64,000 bases of DNA, taken from the NCBI RefSeq assembly GCF_030684315.1, contig NC_081383.1, positions 44,655,912-44,719,911 on the forward strand. Reading direction: 5' to 3'. This stretch comes from Stegostoma tigrinum. Lineage: Eukaryota. Of the stretch, positions 51,326 through 63,641 are shown one piece after another (within the stretch, counting starts at the first letter, position 1; each line of letters opens with the position of its first letter). The position numbers and the translations under genes were made by a program. The notes below the pieces were generated by a model. It made no database searches. It saw only the letters and a list, made by a program, of their open reading frames with translations, and was not told where the DNA came from.

Positions 51326-51438
51326 TTTGCCAATGATCCCTTGACATCAGTCCACTATCAATGCTTCCTTGCCAGGATCGATCTTGAAATCCATCCATCT
51401 TCCGGCTGCGATCAGTGTTCCAATCTCGGTTCAAGGGG
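51326..51438 (-). CDS. SAFB: SAFB/SLTM-family gene, internal coding exon
   Basis: tttcctttctcag|...CAAA|gtaaaa; 113 nt, phase 2->1. PLNRDWNTDRSRKMDGFQDRSWQGSIDSGLMSRDHWQ resembles SAFB RDW..DRSWQG..DGGMM.RDH..WQ. Confidence 0.9.
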
Positions 51439-52064
51439 CTGAGAAAGGAAAAATAATAACCACATCATAAACGTGAATCAATGGTTAGAAGTTGCATGTT
51501 TAAAGTCACAGCTTCACGCCACTCAAGACAAAATTGATAGCAAGAAACAAAGTGAGACAATTAATCTGCAAATACTGTGCTCATATTTTACAGCATGTCT
51601 CTAACTGCTTCATAGAGGGTTTTTTAAAAGTCTGGTGAAATGCACTGTTCTTTTTGTCACTGGAAGTTAACCAGTTACTCATTTGACAGAGGCCCAAAAG
51701 CATGAAAGTGACTTTTTTGTGGAGCTTGAAGTGGGGGAAAAAAGTGACAGGAAATGGAAAGGTTGTTCCTTATTGTTGAGCTTTCAGCTTGTCAACTGCC
51801 TTTGTGTGAGTCATGCTGTTCAAGGGAAAATGATCTGCTCATTTATTTTACTGTGTGATATTGTCCTAAATTCCCAATTTTATTTATTGATATACTCCAG
51901 TGACATACATGATGAACGCTCTCCTCTTTCACAGTTGCAAACAGGAATTCATTTTCCTATTGTGTGGAAGCTGTACATTCTTGGTTTCTCTATAGATGCC
52001 CTAGATTTGTCAGTCATCATGACTGCTTCACCTTGTAGCTTGATACACTCTGAAGGTATAAAAT

Positions 52065-52870
52065 GAAATAGAGTGGCTAAGGTAAACATTGGTCCTTTAG
52101 CGGATGAGAAGGGGAATCGAAAAATGCAAAATTAGGAAATGGCCGAAGAGTTGAACAGGTGTTTTGTGTTGGTCTTCAAGGTGGAAGACATAAATAACAT
52201 GCCAATAATTAATGACAAGGCAGCTATAGCAGGTGAGGACCTAGGAACAATCATTATCACTAAAGAAGTGATGTTGGGCAAGCTGATGGGACTAAAAGTA
52301 GACAAGTAGGGTACTAAAAGTGGTGGCAGGGAAACTGCAAATGCGCTTGTGATAATTTACCAAACTTTGGTGGACTCTGGAGCGGTTCTGTCAAATTAAA
52401 AACAAGTAAATGTGACGTCACTGTTTAAAAAGGAGGCAGGCATAAGATAGGCAACTACAGGCCTATTAGCTTTGCTTCTGTAGTGGGGGAAAAAGTTTGA
52501 ATCTATCAAAGAAGAAACAGCAAAACATCTGAATAGAAATTGTCCCATGCAGCACAGGTTCATGAGAGGCATGTCGTGTATAACTGATTTACTAGAATTC
52601 TTTAAGGACATTGAGAAATTCTTTGTGGACAACAGTAAATGTGGTGTATCCGGACTTCCAGAAGGCATTCGACCAAGTGCCAGGCAATAAGCTGCTGCAT
52701 AAGATAAAGGTGCATGGTGTTATAGGTAATGCACGAGCATGGACAGAAGATTGGTAAACTAACAGAAAGCAGAGTTTCTTCTTTTATAGATTCAAACATT
52801 TTCCCCCACTACAGAAGCTAAGGTAACTGGCCTATAGTTGCCCACCTTTTGTCTGTCTCCTTTTTAAATC
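52065..52870 (+). mobile_element. CR1 ORF2 middle fragment with inverted duplication
   Basis: EMAEELNRCF, NVTSLFKKG and GNYRPISF motifs; 52774-52868 is the reverse complement of about 52424-52518. Confidence 0.8.
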
Positions 52871-53057
52871 ATGGTTTGGTCCTCAAAGTAAATAGCACAG
52901 AATAGATGGATTGTAACAAATGGAAGTGGACTGGCAACTGGCTTTGCCCAAGTGAGTCAGAGAATGGCCATACATGGATGGCAGGAAATGACTAGCATAT
53001 AATCAGAGTATCACTGCATGAAGTGTGGGCACAGAAACAAATCTGTCAAATCATATC

Positions 53058-53951
53058 AGAGATAATGGGAACGGCAGATGCTGGAGAATCCGAGATAACA
53101 AAGTGTGGAGCTGGATGAACACAGCAGGCCAAGCAGCATCTTAGGAGCACAAATGCTGATGTTTCGGGCCTGGACCCTTCATGAGAAAAAGGGGGAGGGG
53201 GAGAGGGTTCTGAAATAAATAGTGAGAGAGGGGTAGGCGGATCGAAGATGGATAGGGGAGAAGATAGGCGGAGAGGAGACAGACCAGTTAACGAGGCGGG
53301 GATGGAGCCAGTAGAGGTGAGTTGGAGAGGTAGGGGGTGTGGGGGGATAGGTCAATCCAGGGAGGACAGACTGGTCAAAAGGCCGGGATGAGGTTAGTAG
53401 GAAGGAAATGGGGGTGCGGCTTGAGGTGGGTGCAGGGGATAGGTGAGAGGAAGAACAGGTTAGCGAGGCGGGGACGAGCTGGGCTGGTTTTGGGATGCAG
53501 CAGGGGGAGGGGAGATTTTGAAGCTTGTGAAATCCACATTGATAACACTGGGCTGCAGGGTTCCCAAGCGGAATATGAGTTGCTGTTCCTGCAACCTATG
53601 GGTGGCATCGTTGTGGCACAGCAGGAGGCCCAGGATGGACATGCCGTCTAAGGAATGGGAGGGGGAGTTAAAATGGGTCACGACTGGGAGGTGTAGTTCT
53701 TTACTGCAAACTGAGCGTAGGTGTTCTGTGAAGCGGTCCCCAAGCCTCCGCTTGGTTTCCCCAACGTAGAGGGGGCCACAACCTGCCCCCATACCTCCTC
53801 CCTCACTCCCATCCCAGGGCCCAAGAAGACTTTCCACATCAAGCAGATATTCACCTGCTCATCTGCCAATGTGGTATACTGCATCCGCTGTACCCCTTGT
53901 GGCCTCCTCTACATTGAGGAAACCAAGCGGAGGTTTGCAGAACACCTACGT
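53058..53951 (-). mobile_element. PLE family B 3' part with inverted 5' segment
   Basis: Minus GIY-YIG YVGETKRRLGDRFTEH; 53779-53951 is the upstream segment in + orientation (TCPHTSSL...NVVYCIRC), partly overlapping. Confidence 0.9.
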
Positions 53952-54289
53952 GTAATCACACAGCTCAGATACCCCTCATTCCTCTAAACTCTGGAGAATA
54001 CAATCCTAAATGATCCAGTCTCTCCCTGTACATCAGTCCTACCATCCTGGTAATCTGTCTGGTAAAGCTTTTTTGCGCTCCCTCAATGCTAAAATATCCT
54101 TCTTCAGATAAGGAGACCAAAACTGCAAACAATACTACAGGTGTGATCCTACCAATGCCCTGCACTGCTACAGCAAGGCACCCTTGCTTCTGTATTCGAA
54201 TCCTCTCACGGAATCTCTGGACTCGGAATACTGCTGAAACAGTATCATATGCTACAGCAAAGAAGTCAAATCAAAGCAAGGGCTCAGTA

Positions 54290-56623
54290 AAGGACTCGCC
54301 TTCATTCCCCTCTGCCCACACATCAATGAATTCCGTTCACACTTGGACATTGAACACATTTTCCACCGCCTCCACACCTACTTTTTTAAATGCGAGTCTA
54401 ACTCACCCTCTACAGACTCCTTCTCCTGCCTCCAACACACCCCATACTCCTAGATACCACCCCCAAGGCCTTCTACCCTCTCTTGGTCTCTACATCTTCA
54501 ACTGCCATTGAGACATCGATCGCCTCAACTTCTCTAACTCCTCTCACTCAGTCCAACCTCTCCCCAATGAATGTGCAGTCCTCTGCTCTCTCCATTCCAA
54601 CCCCAACCTCACTATCAAGCCCATGGATAAGGGGGGGGGGGGGCACAGTAGTGGTATAGTGCACTGACCTTTACCTTGCCAAGGCCAGGCACCACCGCTT
54701 ACTGCCCCCTCAACCAAGACTCCACACACCTGACCACCAAACCATCATCTTTCAAACCATTCACAACCTCATCACCTCAGGTGACATCCTGCCCACAGCC
54801 TCCAACCTCATCGTTCCCTAACCCCACACCACCCATTTCTAGCTCCTTCCCAAAATCCACAAACCTGACTGTCCCGGCTCACCCATTGTCTTTGCCTGCT
54901 TCTGCCCCACTGAGCTTATCCCCACTAACCTTGACTCCGTTTTCTCCCCCCGATGCAGAAACTCACCACCGACATCCGAGACACCATCCAAACCCTCAAC
55001 TTCCTCCAAGGCTTCCAATTCGCTGGCCCCCAACACCTCTTCTTCACAGACAATCCCTGTACAGTTGTATCCCCCATGTGATGGTCTAAAAGCCCTTTGC
55101 TTCTTCCCCTCCCACATGTCCAACCAGACCTCCTCCACGACAGCCTCATCTGCTTAACCGAATTCATCCTTACCCTTAACAACTTCTCCTTTAACTCCTC
55201 CCACTTCCTACAGACTAAAGGGGTGGCCATGAGAACCCACACAGGCCCAAGCTATCTTCGTTGGTTACATGGAACAGTCCCGCTTCCGCTGCTACACTGG
55301 CACTATCCCCCACGTTTTCCTCTGCTACATCGATGACTGTATCGGCACTGCCTCATGCTCCCACGAGGAGCTTGAACAGTTCATCAACTTCAACAACACC
55401 TTTCACCCCCAACTTCAAGTGCACCTAGACCATCTCTGATACTTCTCTCCCCTTCCTGGACATCTCTGAATCCATATCTGGTGACCACCTCGAAATCAAC
55501 ATCTATTTCAAGCTCACTGATTCCCACAGCTACTTAGCCTACACCTCCTCTCACCCACCTTCCTGCAAGAATGCGATCCCCTATTCCAAATTCCTCTGCC
55601 TCTGCCGCATGCTCTCAAAATGGAGTGTTCCACTCCCGAACATCCCAGATGTTCTTTTATTTCAAGGACTGCAACACACCCCTTCACTGGTGGAAAATGC
55701 TCTCGACCACATTTCAGGAGTTTTCCACACCAGTGCCCTCACATCCCTTCCCCCCAACAAAAACAAAGCCAGAAACCCCTTTGTCCTCACATATCACCCC
55801 ACTAACTTCTGCCCCAACGTATCATTCTCCGCCACTTTCACCACAAACAATCTGACCTCAAAACCAAAGATATATTTCTCTCCCAGCCCTCTCTGCAACA
55901 TGCTTAGCACCCTTTCCTGCAACCGCACGAAGAGCTAAACCTGCCCCTACACCTCCCCTCCAGGCACCAAACAAACCTTTCACATCAGACAGAGGTTCAC
56001 CTGCACATCATCAAGATGATCTATTGCATCTGCTGCTCCTGACGTGGCCTTCCCTACATCAGTGAGACCAAGCGAAGGTTCGGAGACCACCTTGTAGAGT
56101 GCCTGGCCTCTGTTCGCAACAAACATCAACACCTACCGTTGCAAACCGCTCCCGCTCCCACTGTGACATAACCTATTGTGGGCATCCTCCAGTGTCACAA
56201 TGACACCACCCAGAAACTGGAGAAACAGCACCTTATATTCTGCCCGGGGAGCCTACAGCCCAATGGCCTAAACCAAACTTTACCAGTTTCAGAATCTCCC
56301 AGTCCCGGACTCATCCCATGACCAACCCTCCCTCTTATCCCCACCTCCTTGACCTTACATAACAACCAGTTCATCTTCTCTCCCACCTAACCACTCCTCT
56401 CACCTCACTGGCCAATCCCCACCACCCCCTACCGGCACTCAGCTATCACCATCTCAACTACCTTCCCAAGTCCCACACCTCCTCTATTTATTTCTGAGCT
56501 CCCTTACCCCCTCCCCCATTTCTGAAGAAGGGTCCCAACCTGAAATGTCAACTTTCCTGCTGTGTTTCTCCAGCTTCACACTGTGTTATCTCTGACTCCA
56601 GTATCAGCAGTGCTTACTATCTC
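54290..56623 (+). mobile_element. Older near-full-length Penelope-like element (RT and GIY-YIG), frameshifted
   Basis: IKPMDKGG, LTLNNFSFNSSHFLQTKGVAM, CYIDDCIG (RT catalytic, about 55323), degenerate GIY-YIG, pLTR at about 56520-56623. Confidence 0.9.
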
Positions 56624-56659
56624 AAAGTGAGTTCAGCTATGTTGAGTTTCAAGGCAGTA

Positions 56660-59600
56660 AAGCAAGCTGGATGGTCTTAACTTTAAAGCCAGGAGTCTAA
56701 TAGGTAAGACTGCTGAGTTATTGGCATGGACAGATGCATAGAAGTATGATATTGTGGCCATTGCAGAAACCTGGTTGAGGAAAGGACTGGACTGAAAACT
56801 CAACATTCTGGGGTACTGGCTCTTTAGGTGACACAGAAGAGTGTATAAGAAGGGTGGTGGTATTGCACTATTAATAAAGGAGTCAGTTACTGCAATAAGA
56901 TGGTGATATCTTGGATGGTTCCTCAAATGAGGCTTTGTGAGTAGAACTTAAGGAGTGTTAGTGGGGCAGCTGGTTTATTGGAAGTGTATTATAGATTCCC
57001 AAAGTGTCAGTGGGAAATAGAGGAGCAAGAATATAAAGATAGGTCAGCGGTATACAGGAGTAAAAGTCAGTTAATTATACTGTGGGATTCCAACTTTCCC
57101 AACATAAACTGGGATAGTCATAGCGCTAAGAGTTGAGAGTGAGTGGATTTCTTGAAATGTATCTAGGGGGTTTTTTTGCATCAATATTTAAAATGCTCAA
57201 CAAGGGACAGTGTAGTGTTGGATCTGATTTTGGGGCAAGAAGCTGGACAAGCATTTAATGTGGCAGGAGGGGAACATTTTAGCAATAGTGACCACAACAC
57301 AGTAAAATCTGTTCGGGACAAGGAAAAAATGGCCTGCAAACGACAGACTTGGATTGGGGAAAGCAGGTTTTATTAAAATAAAGCAGGATCTGGCCACAGT
57401 AGACTGGGAGCAGCTCCTTTCAGCCAAGTCTAGAGCGAAGCAACAGGTGTCATTAATGAAAGAGCTGGGGACTGGACATGTCCAACATGTACCCTTTCAA
57501 GGAAAAGGTAGAAGCAATGAGTTCAGAGAACCTGGATGTCTAGGGCTATTAAGGACTGGATGCGGAAGAGGAGTAGGGCTTTCAGCAAGTCCAAAGGGAT
57601 CAACTCAGCTGCAGCTCTACAGGAATACAGGAAGTGAAGGATGGAACTTAAGAAAGCCAATTAGAAGAATAAAAAGGGGATATGAAAAAGGACTTACAAG
57701 CAGGATTACGGAGAATTCTAAGACATTCTATAGATAAATTAAAACAAAGAGGTTATGAGTAACTTGCATAGTTTGACACTGGAAATGGGGAGGTACTGGG
57801 GACTCCGTGGGGCTTAAAAACAGACATCCCCCGGCCCAGATGAATTGCACTCCATGCTGCTGTGGGAGGTAAGGCAATAAATTGCAGGGGCTCTGACAAG
57901 GCTTTATAACTCCTTTCTGGCCATGGGTAAAATGCCAGCGAATTGGATGGCTAAGAAGATTCTACTTTCTATGAATAGTGGTGATGAACCAGGAAATTAC
58001 ACCAGTGAATCTTAAGTCAGCGGTACAGAAGCTATTGGAAAAAATTCTGAAAGAGCAAATTAATACCCACTTGGAAATGCATAGGTTAATCAGGGATAGT
58101 CAGTATGGCTTTGTCAGAGGGCGGTCATGTCTAACAAATTGCTCAGAATTCTTTGAAAGTGCAACTAAATGTGTGAAGGAGGGAAGTTCAGTAGATGTAG
58201 TTTCTATGGATTTTAGCAAAATGTCTGACAAGGTCACACATGGAAGACTGAGACAGTTAAGGCAAATGGAGCTGAGCATAATTTGGGAAGTCCGATCAGA
58301 AACTAGCTTCATAATAGGACACAAAGTTGAGATAAAAGCCTGCTTCAGTGGCTTGGGGTGGGTGTTCTTTGGTGTACCACAAGGATTAGTACTGGGACCC
58401 TTACTGCGTCTTATACACACAAATGATACAGATGAAAACTTGGGGGTTAGGGGAGAATGTTAAATAAATTTGCAGATGACAAGACTGGTACAGTGGTTAA
58501 CTGCAAAGATGATTGGAAGTTACAGAAAGATATAGATGAATTGTTCATGAGATAGCAAGGTGTAGAGCTGGACGAACACAGCAGGCCGAGCAGCATCAGA
58601 GGAGCAGGAAGGCTGACGTTTTGGGCCTAGACCCTTCTTCCGAAATTTTCAGAAGTTTTCTGAGGAAGGGTCTAGGCCCGAAACGTCAGCCTTCCTGCTC
58701 CTCTGATGGCGCTTGGCCTGCTGTGTTCATCCAGCTCTACACCTTGCTATCTCAGATTCTCCAGCATCTGCAGTTCCTACGATCTCTAGATGGATTGTTC
58801 AGACGGGCAGACCAATGGCACGTGATTTTTAACCATGATAAGTGCAAGCTAATGAACATTTGAAGTAGAAACAAGATGAGGGAGTATTTAATGAATGGCA
58901 GGAAACTAGGTAGCTTAGAGGAACGGAGGGATCTTCAAGTTAATTATTCACACATCCCTGAAGTCGGTATGATAGTGAAGACAACATACAGACACTTGCT
59001 CTCATCAGCTGTGGCATACAGTAGAAGAGCAAGGAAGTAATGCTGGGGTTGTACAGAGTTGATCAGTCCACATTAGTAATACTGTGCAAAGTTCTGGACA
59101 CCTCACTATTGGAAGGATGTGATCACACCAGAGTGGATAAAGAGGATGTTCATTAAGATATTGCCTTGGATGGAAAAACTAAGCTATAAAAGAGAGACTA
59201 GAAATGCATGGATTGTTTTCTTTACAGTAGAGAAGACATAGGGGGACATGATTGAGGTGTAGAAGATTGAGAGGCATGGACAGGGTGAATGGAGAACAGT
59301 TGCTCCCCTTGGTTGAAGGGTTAATTACAAGACAGCATAGTTTAAGGCTAAGTGGCAGGAACATTGCAGGGGATAAAACATTTTCACTTTGGTGGGTTTC
59401 TGGAATGCACTACCTGGGAAGGCAGTGGAGGCAGAAACCTTAGAACCTTTAAAAAATATTTGCATAAGCACTTCAAATAAGATAACGTTCAAGGATATGA
59501 GACAAGGGCAGGAAACTGGGATAAGTGCACCTTTGGTGATAGTTACTTGGTGCAAACTTGATGGCCAAATGGCCTTTTCTGAGTTATATGAATCTATGAA
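56660..59600 (+). mobile_element. Near-full-length degenerate CR1/HER1 ORF2 (APE and RT)
   Basis: APE motifs YDIVAIAETWL, DSNFPNINW, SDHN; RT motifs SQYGFVRGRSCLTN, DFSK, GVPQGLVLGP, KFADD; many stops. Confidence 0.92.
58548..58786. mobile_element. Inverted pLTR pair (PLE family B) with 15-bp TSD, nested in CR1
   Basis: About 90 bp near-perfect inverted arms; TSD tagatg(a/g)attgttca at 58533-58547 and 58787-58801. Confidence 0.9.
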
Positions 59601-59934
59601 GGCCAACATACCATTTCCAAGGTTTTAAGAAAGTGTTACAGAAATTGTGTAAAATCACACTACTGCAGGATTTCAGTCATATGCAGAGACTAGAGGGAGT
59701 GGGCTTTTTCTCCCTTGCAGCATTGAAGTTTAAAGGGAGTAATGGATAAATTGTTGACATCATGAACAGATTCAACACACTAAAACTGGTTATATTGACA
59801 GAAGCATAGGAGATAATTAAGCAGAATGACTAAAGATATCTTTGCTGCAGCGAGTTACGATGAGGGTGAATATCTGACAGGGCTGGGATGGTGCTAAGCA
59901 CGTAATCAGGAAGGTTAATTTCAAAGGGGTTGGA

Positions 59935-60535
59935 GTATAACAGTAGGGGGGAGTCATCCTGCAATTTAACAAGGTGCTGTTTGAGACCACATGTGCATGC
60001 ACTGTGCGCGGTTTTGGTCTCCTCCTTTAAAGAAAGGTATGATTTTATTAGAGGTACTTGAGAAAATTCAGAACACGATCCCTAGGATGATTGCGGGGTT
60101 CTTTTTTGTGCAAAGGTTAAGTAGTTTGGGAGTCTACTCATTGTAGTTTAAAAGAAGTGATTTCATTGAAACATATAGGATCTCAAGGGGTTTGACAGGG
60201 TAAATACTGAAAGGACATTTCCTTTCATGGAGAGCCTAAGACCAGAGGGCACTAATTTAAGACTAAAATAAAAAGATTGAGATGAGGGAGATTTTCTTCT
60301 CTCAAAAGGTTGAGAGTTATTGGAACTCTTTGCCACTGAGCTGTGGAGACAGAGTCTGTGAATATATTTAAGGCTGAGATAAATAGATCCCTGATCAGTA
60401 GGGAACTCGAGGGTTACAGGGAAAGGGCAGGAAAGTGGACCTGAGGAGTGTCAGCTCAGCCATAATTCTATTGAATGGCAGAACAAGTACGAGAAGCTGT
60501 AAGGCAAATTGTTTTTCCTATTACTTATGGTCTTG
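59935..60535 (+). mobile_element. CR1 3' fragment
   Basis: RPH..HCARFWSP motif and 3' UTR. Confidence 0.78.
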
Positions 60536-62537
60536 TGGTATCAGCTGGAAATCTGCGGTGAGAAACATTGGAACCTTCAACGAACCGGAACAGGCACAAT
60601 TGATTAAACAGCCTTCTCTGCATAATGAATAGATTGATTGCAGTCTGCATAATCCTTTATTACTGAATCTATTAGGCAGCATATTACAAATCCAAGTCCG
60701 AACAATTGTGCAGAAACGTTTCTTTATGTTGCTTCTGATTCACTTGTTAATCGCTTCAAACAGAGCTATACTAAATACTAACCCTCAGCCAATAGGAACA
60801 GTTTCTCTTTATTTACTGTAGTTAAACTTTTCCAACCTTAAATATACTGGTCAAATCTCTACTCAGCATGCCCAGATCTATGGCAAGCAACCCCAGTTTC
60901 TCTAAGCTATCAAAGTAATTCTAATCCCTCACCCTTCGAACTATTCTGGTGTACCTAGATCAATACATTCATATTCTTCCTAAAGTATGCCCAGAATTGG
61001 ACACAACACTGCAGCTATTAATATCGTATTGAAAATTAGCAACATGTCCCAGTTTTTGAATTTTCCCTCATTTCATAGTGTAAGAACAATTGTATTTTAC
61101 TTCCTGTGATTAGTCTACTAGCCTGTAAGATATTTGTGCAAATATCCCAAAGAGGAGTCTCTTCCTTCACTTCCATTGAGTGGTGTACAATTTAGCACAA
61201 ATTATCTCTCCTTATTCTTCCTTCCAAAGTGCATTCTCTGTCTCCTTTTTACACTGAATTTCATCTACCAGGCTGACAACTTTTGATCTCGGACTTGTTG
61301 AGACAATCATTATTTTTCTTTAATTTTTCTCATTTCAGTTTAGAACTGAGTTGAAGGTGAGTTTAACACTGAACTAAAAACAGAATAGAAGTCTGATATT
61401 TGCTATTGAGAAGTGGCCTGGAAAGACAATTAAGAACGTTGTAGACCTGTCAGCACCAAAATGTTGTCATTGTCATGGTCAGGAACTGGCAGTTAGCTGG
61501 ATACTTTATTGTTCAATCAAGTGAGGTCTGGTTCCGACCAGCCAACCAGAGAACGTTAATAAGAGAAAACAATGAGTGAATTGGTACTAATTGACTAACT
61601 GGGCACAGAGCAGTTTTTGCTTTAGAAACTGCCAGACGAGAAACTGCTCTTTGGTTTTGATTTGCTCTCTTGTTATGTACCTGTAATACAATCCATCACC
61701 CAAAGGTTTCACAAAGGCCCTAGTATTTATCATTGTAACACTTATCGAAATGTCAAATCACAACTCTTATTTTCTTTTCTCATTTTCCCCTTAACTGTGC
61801 CTGTTGTCTGAGAAAGAGTGGAGGGAAATATTCAAAGAAGACTGGGCTTAGACTATAGATACTAAGCAAATTCTCTTGTGGTTTATCAGTGTTCTGTTAA
61901 ATTCTTAATTGCTAATTTCAGTTTAAGTTATAAACTTGGTATCCGAGATCCATTATTTATAAAGTCTGGTTAGGAACAACTGAAATTTTGATAGTCACTG
62001 AAAGTTTTAATTTACTATGTTGCAAATCCATTGTTAGTGAGGCTGTTTTGGCTTAGCTTGTTATCTTTGTGTTGTAAGAACTGAGACTTTTCAAATTCCT
62101 GCACTATTTCTAGGCTGTAAACATTTTCTAGGTGAAGATTTCTGGTTTACCTTTTACGAAATGGGGCTAATTAGAAACCCTTTCCCTTTCAAATTTCATG
62201 AATTACCTATTTTGCAGTTCCTGAAGAAGTCTCTTGCCAAGTGGTGAGAGTCAAAATAGCTCATGCTGCTTGTCTCAACTCAATTCAAACAAGCTCTGTC
62301 ATATTTTCAATAAGCATGAGTCAAATGTGGAAACCAAATTCAATACTTCCCCATCCCCTGTACAAGTGAAGTTATTTCAGCACTTCTAATGATGTTTGGT
62401 TAAGGTCTGCTGGCTAGTAAGCAAGGGTGATTGATCCATATGATTCAATATCACAGTTTATTAGCTAGGAGTAACTATCAGAAATGGAGACACCCATATC
62501 CTCCAAGGTCTTAAAAGTAAGCTGAAGAGTGTTTTAC

Positions 62538-62635
62538 CTATCATCATAACGCCTTTTCAGACTTTGTTCATAGCGTATCTCACGACACAGCTCTTCCTTC
62601 TCGCGACGTATTCGTTCCTGTTCTCGCCTCCTCTC
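62538..62635 (-). CDS. SAFB: SAFB/SLTM-family gene, internal coding exon
   Basis: ttttcccacag|GAGAGG...GATAG|gtaaaa; 98 nt, phase 0->2. ERRREQERIRREKEELCREIRYEQSLKRRYDD matches the SAFB ERRREQERIHREREELRR..RYEQ motif. Confidence 0.92.
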
Positions 62636-63481
62636 CTGTGGGAAAATGGATACAAAAAGTGCTGCAAATGAACACATTTCACAAAAGTATCTCCTCAAAG
62701 CTAACCTGACTGTTGAACCATAGCATTTTTATTCTGTGAAATTTATTGTTACTGGTTTAATGTTTGCGTGCCCAATTAATTCCAGGAGGAGTCTCAAATG
62801 CCAGTAAATCAGTACATCCTCATGTTTAATGATTTCCCAATCTTTCTTTCTGCCTATTCACTTCATGATGATGTAGGCTCATATTTTGAAACAGTTCCAG
62901 ATGCCCATATTCTTGCCTAAGCAACCAATTCCGAGTACTGCTGAAACTAAAACTGTTTTTAAGTTTCTCACCCTGCAAACAACAAGACAAAAGCAAGAAT
63001 GCCAAATTTCAATTTATCGCACAAATTGAGACAAGACAAAAATGATGCTAATTTGTTGGCAAGCCAACTTCTTGTTTCCATTGAAATAAATTTTGTTGGG
63101 ATCCTTAATGCCTCATTGTCAGCGACAGTCACCTTACCTCTGGAATTTAGCTCTTCTGTCCACTTTTCAGACTAAGGCTATAATGAGGTCTGGATGGCCC
63201 TAGAAGAACTCAACTGGGCACTGGTAAGAAGGTTATTCCTGAGTGAAATTCACTTGCTAGGACCATTAATTACCGTTCAGTCCCTCGGACTCTAAGATGA
63301 CGGATAAGGAGGTAATTGGCTCAGTTGGGTAACTTTTCCAACTTTTTGCCCACAAAAAACATGATAATTTTCCACAGTCAGATGCTTTTTTTTCTCCCCC
63401 CATAATTATTATCTATTATTTCCCATTCAGTCTGCCTACACATACATTCTCATTTTCTACCCTTCAGTTTACTTTCCTCAC

Positions 63482-63641
63482 CCCTTCAATGAACAGTCTC
63501 TCTCTTTCCAGTGCCTCTCGTTCCAGTCTCTCTCTTTCAAGACGCATCCTCTCAATCTGCAGTCGGACTCGTTCCCTCGCCAGCATTTCTCTCCCTTCCC
63601 GCTCCCGTCGGCTTTCTCGCATGGACATCTCACGCCCTCCG
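63482..63641 (-). CDS. SAFB: SAFB/SLTM-family gene, internal coding exon (R/E-rich coiled coil); gene continues upstream beyond the window
   Basis: Minus strand ttttttccag|...GAAGGG|gtgagg; 160 nt, phase 2->0. Translates GGREMSMRESRREREGREMLARERVRLQIERMRLERERLEREALERERLFIEG, resembling the SAFB/SLTM RE-rich segment. Symbol is family-level; probably a paralogue. Confidence 0.9.
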
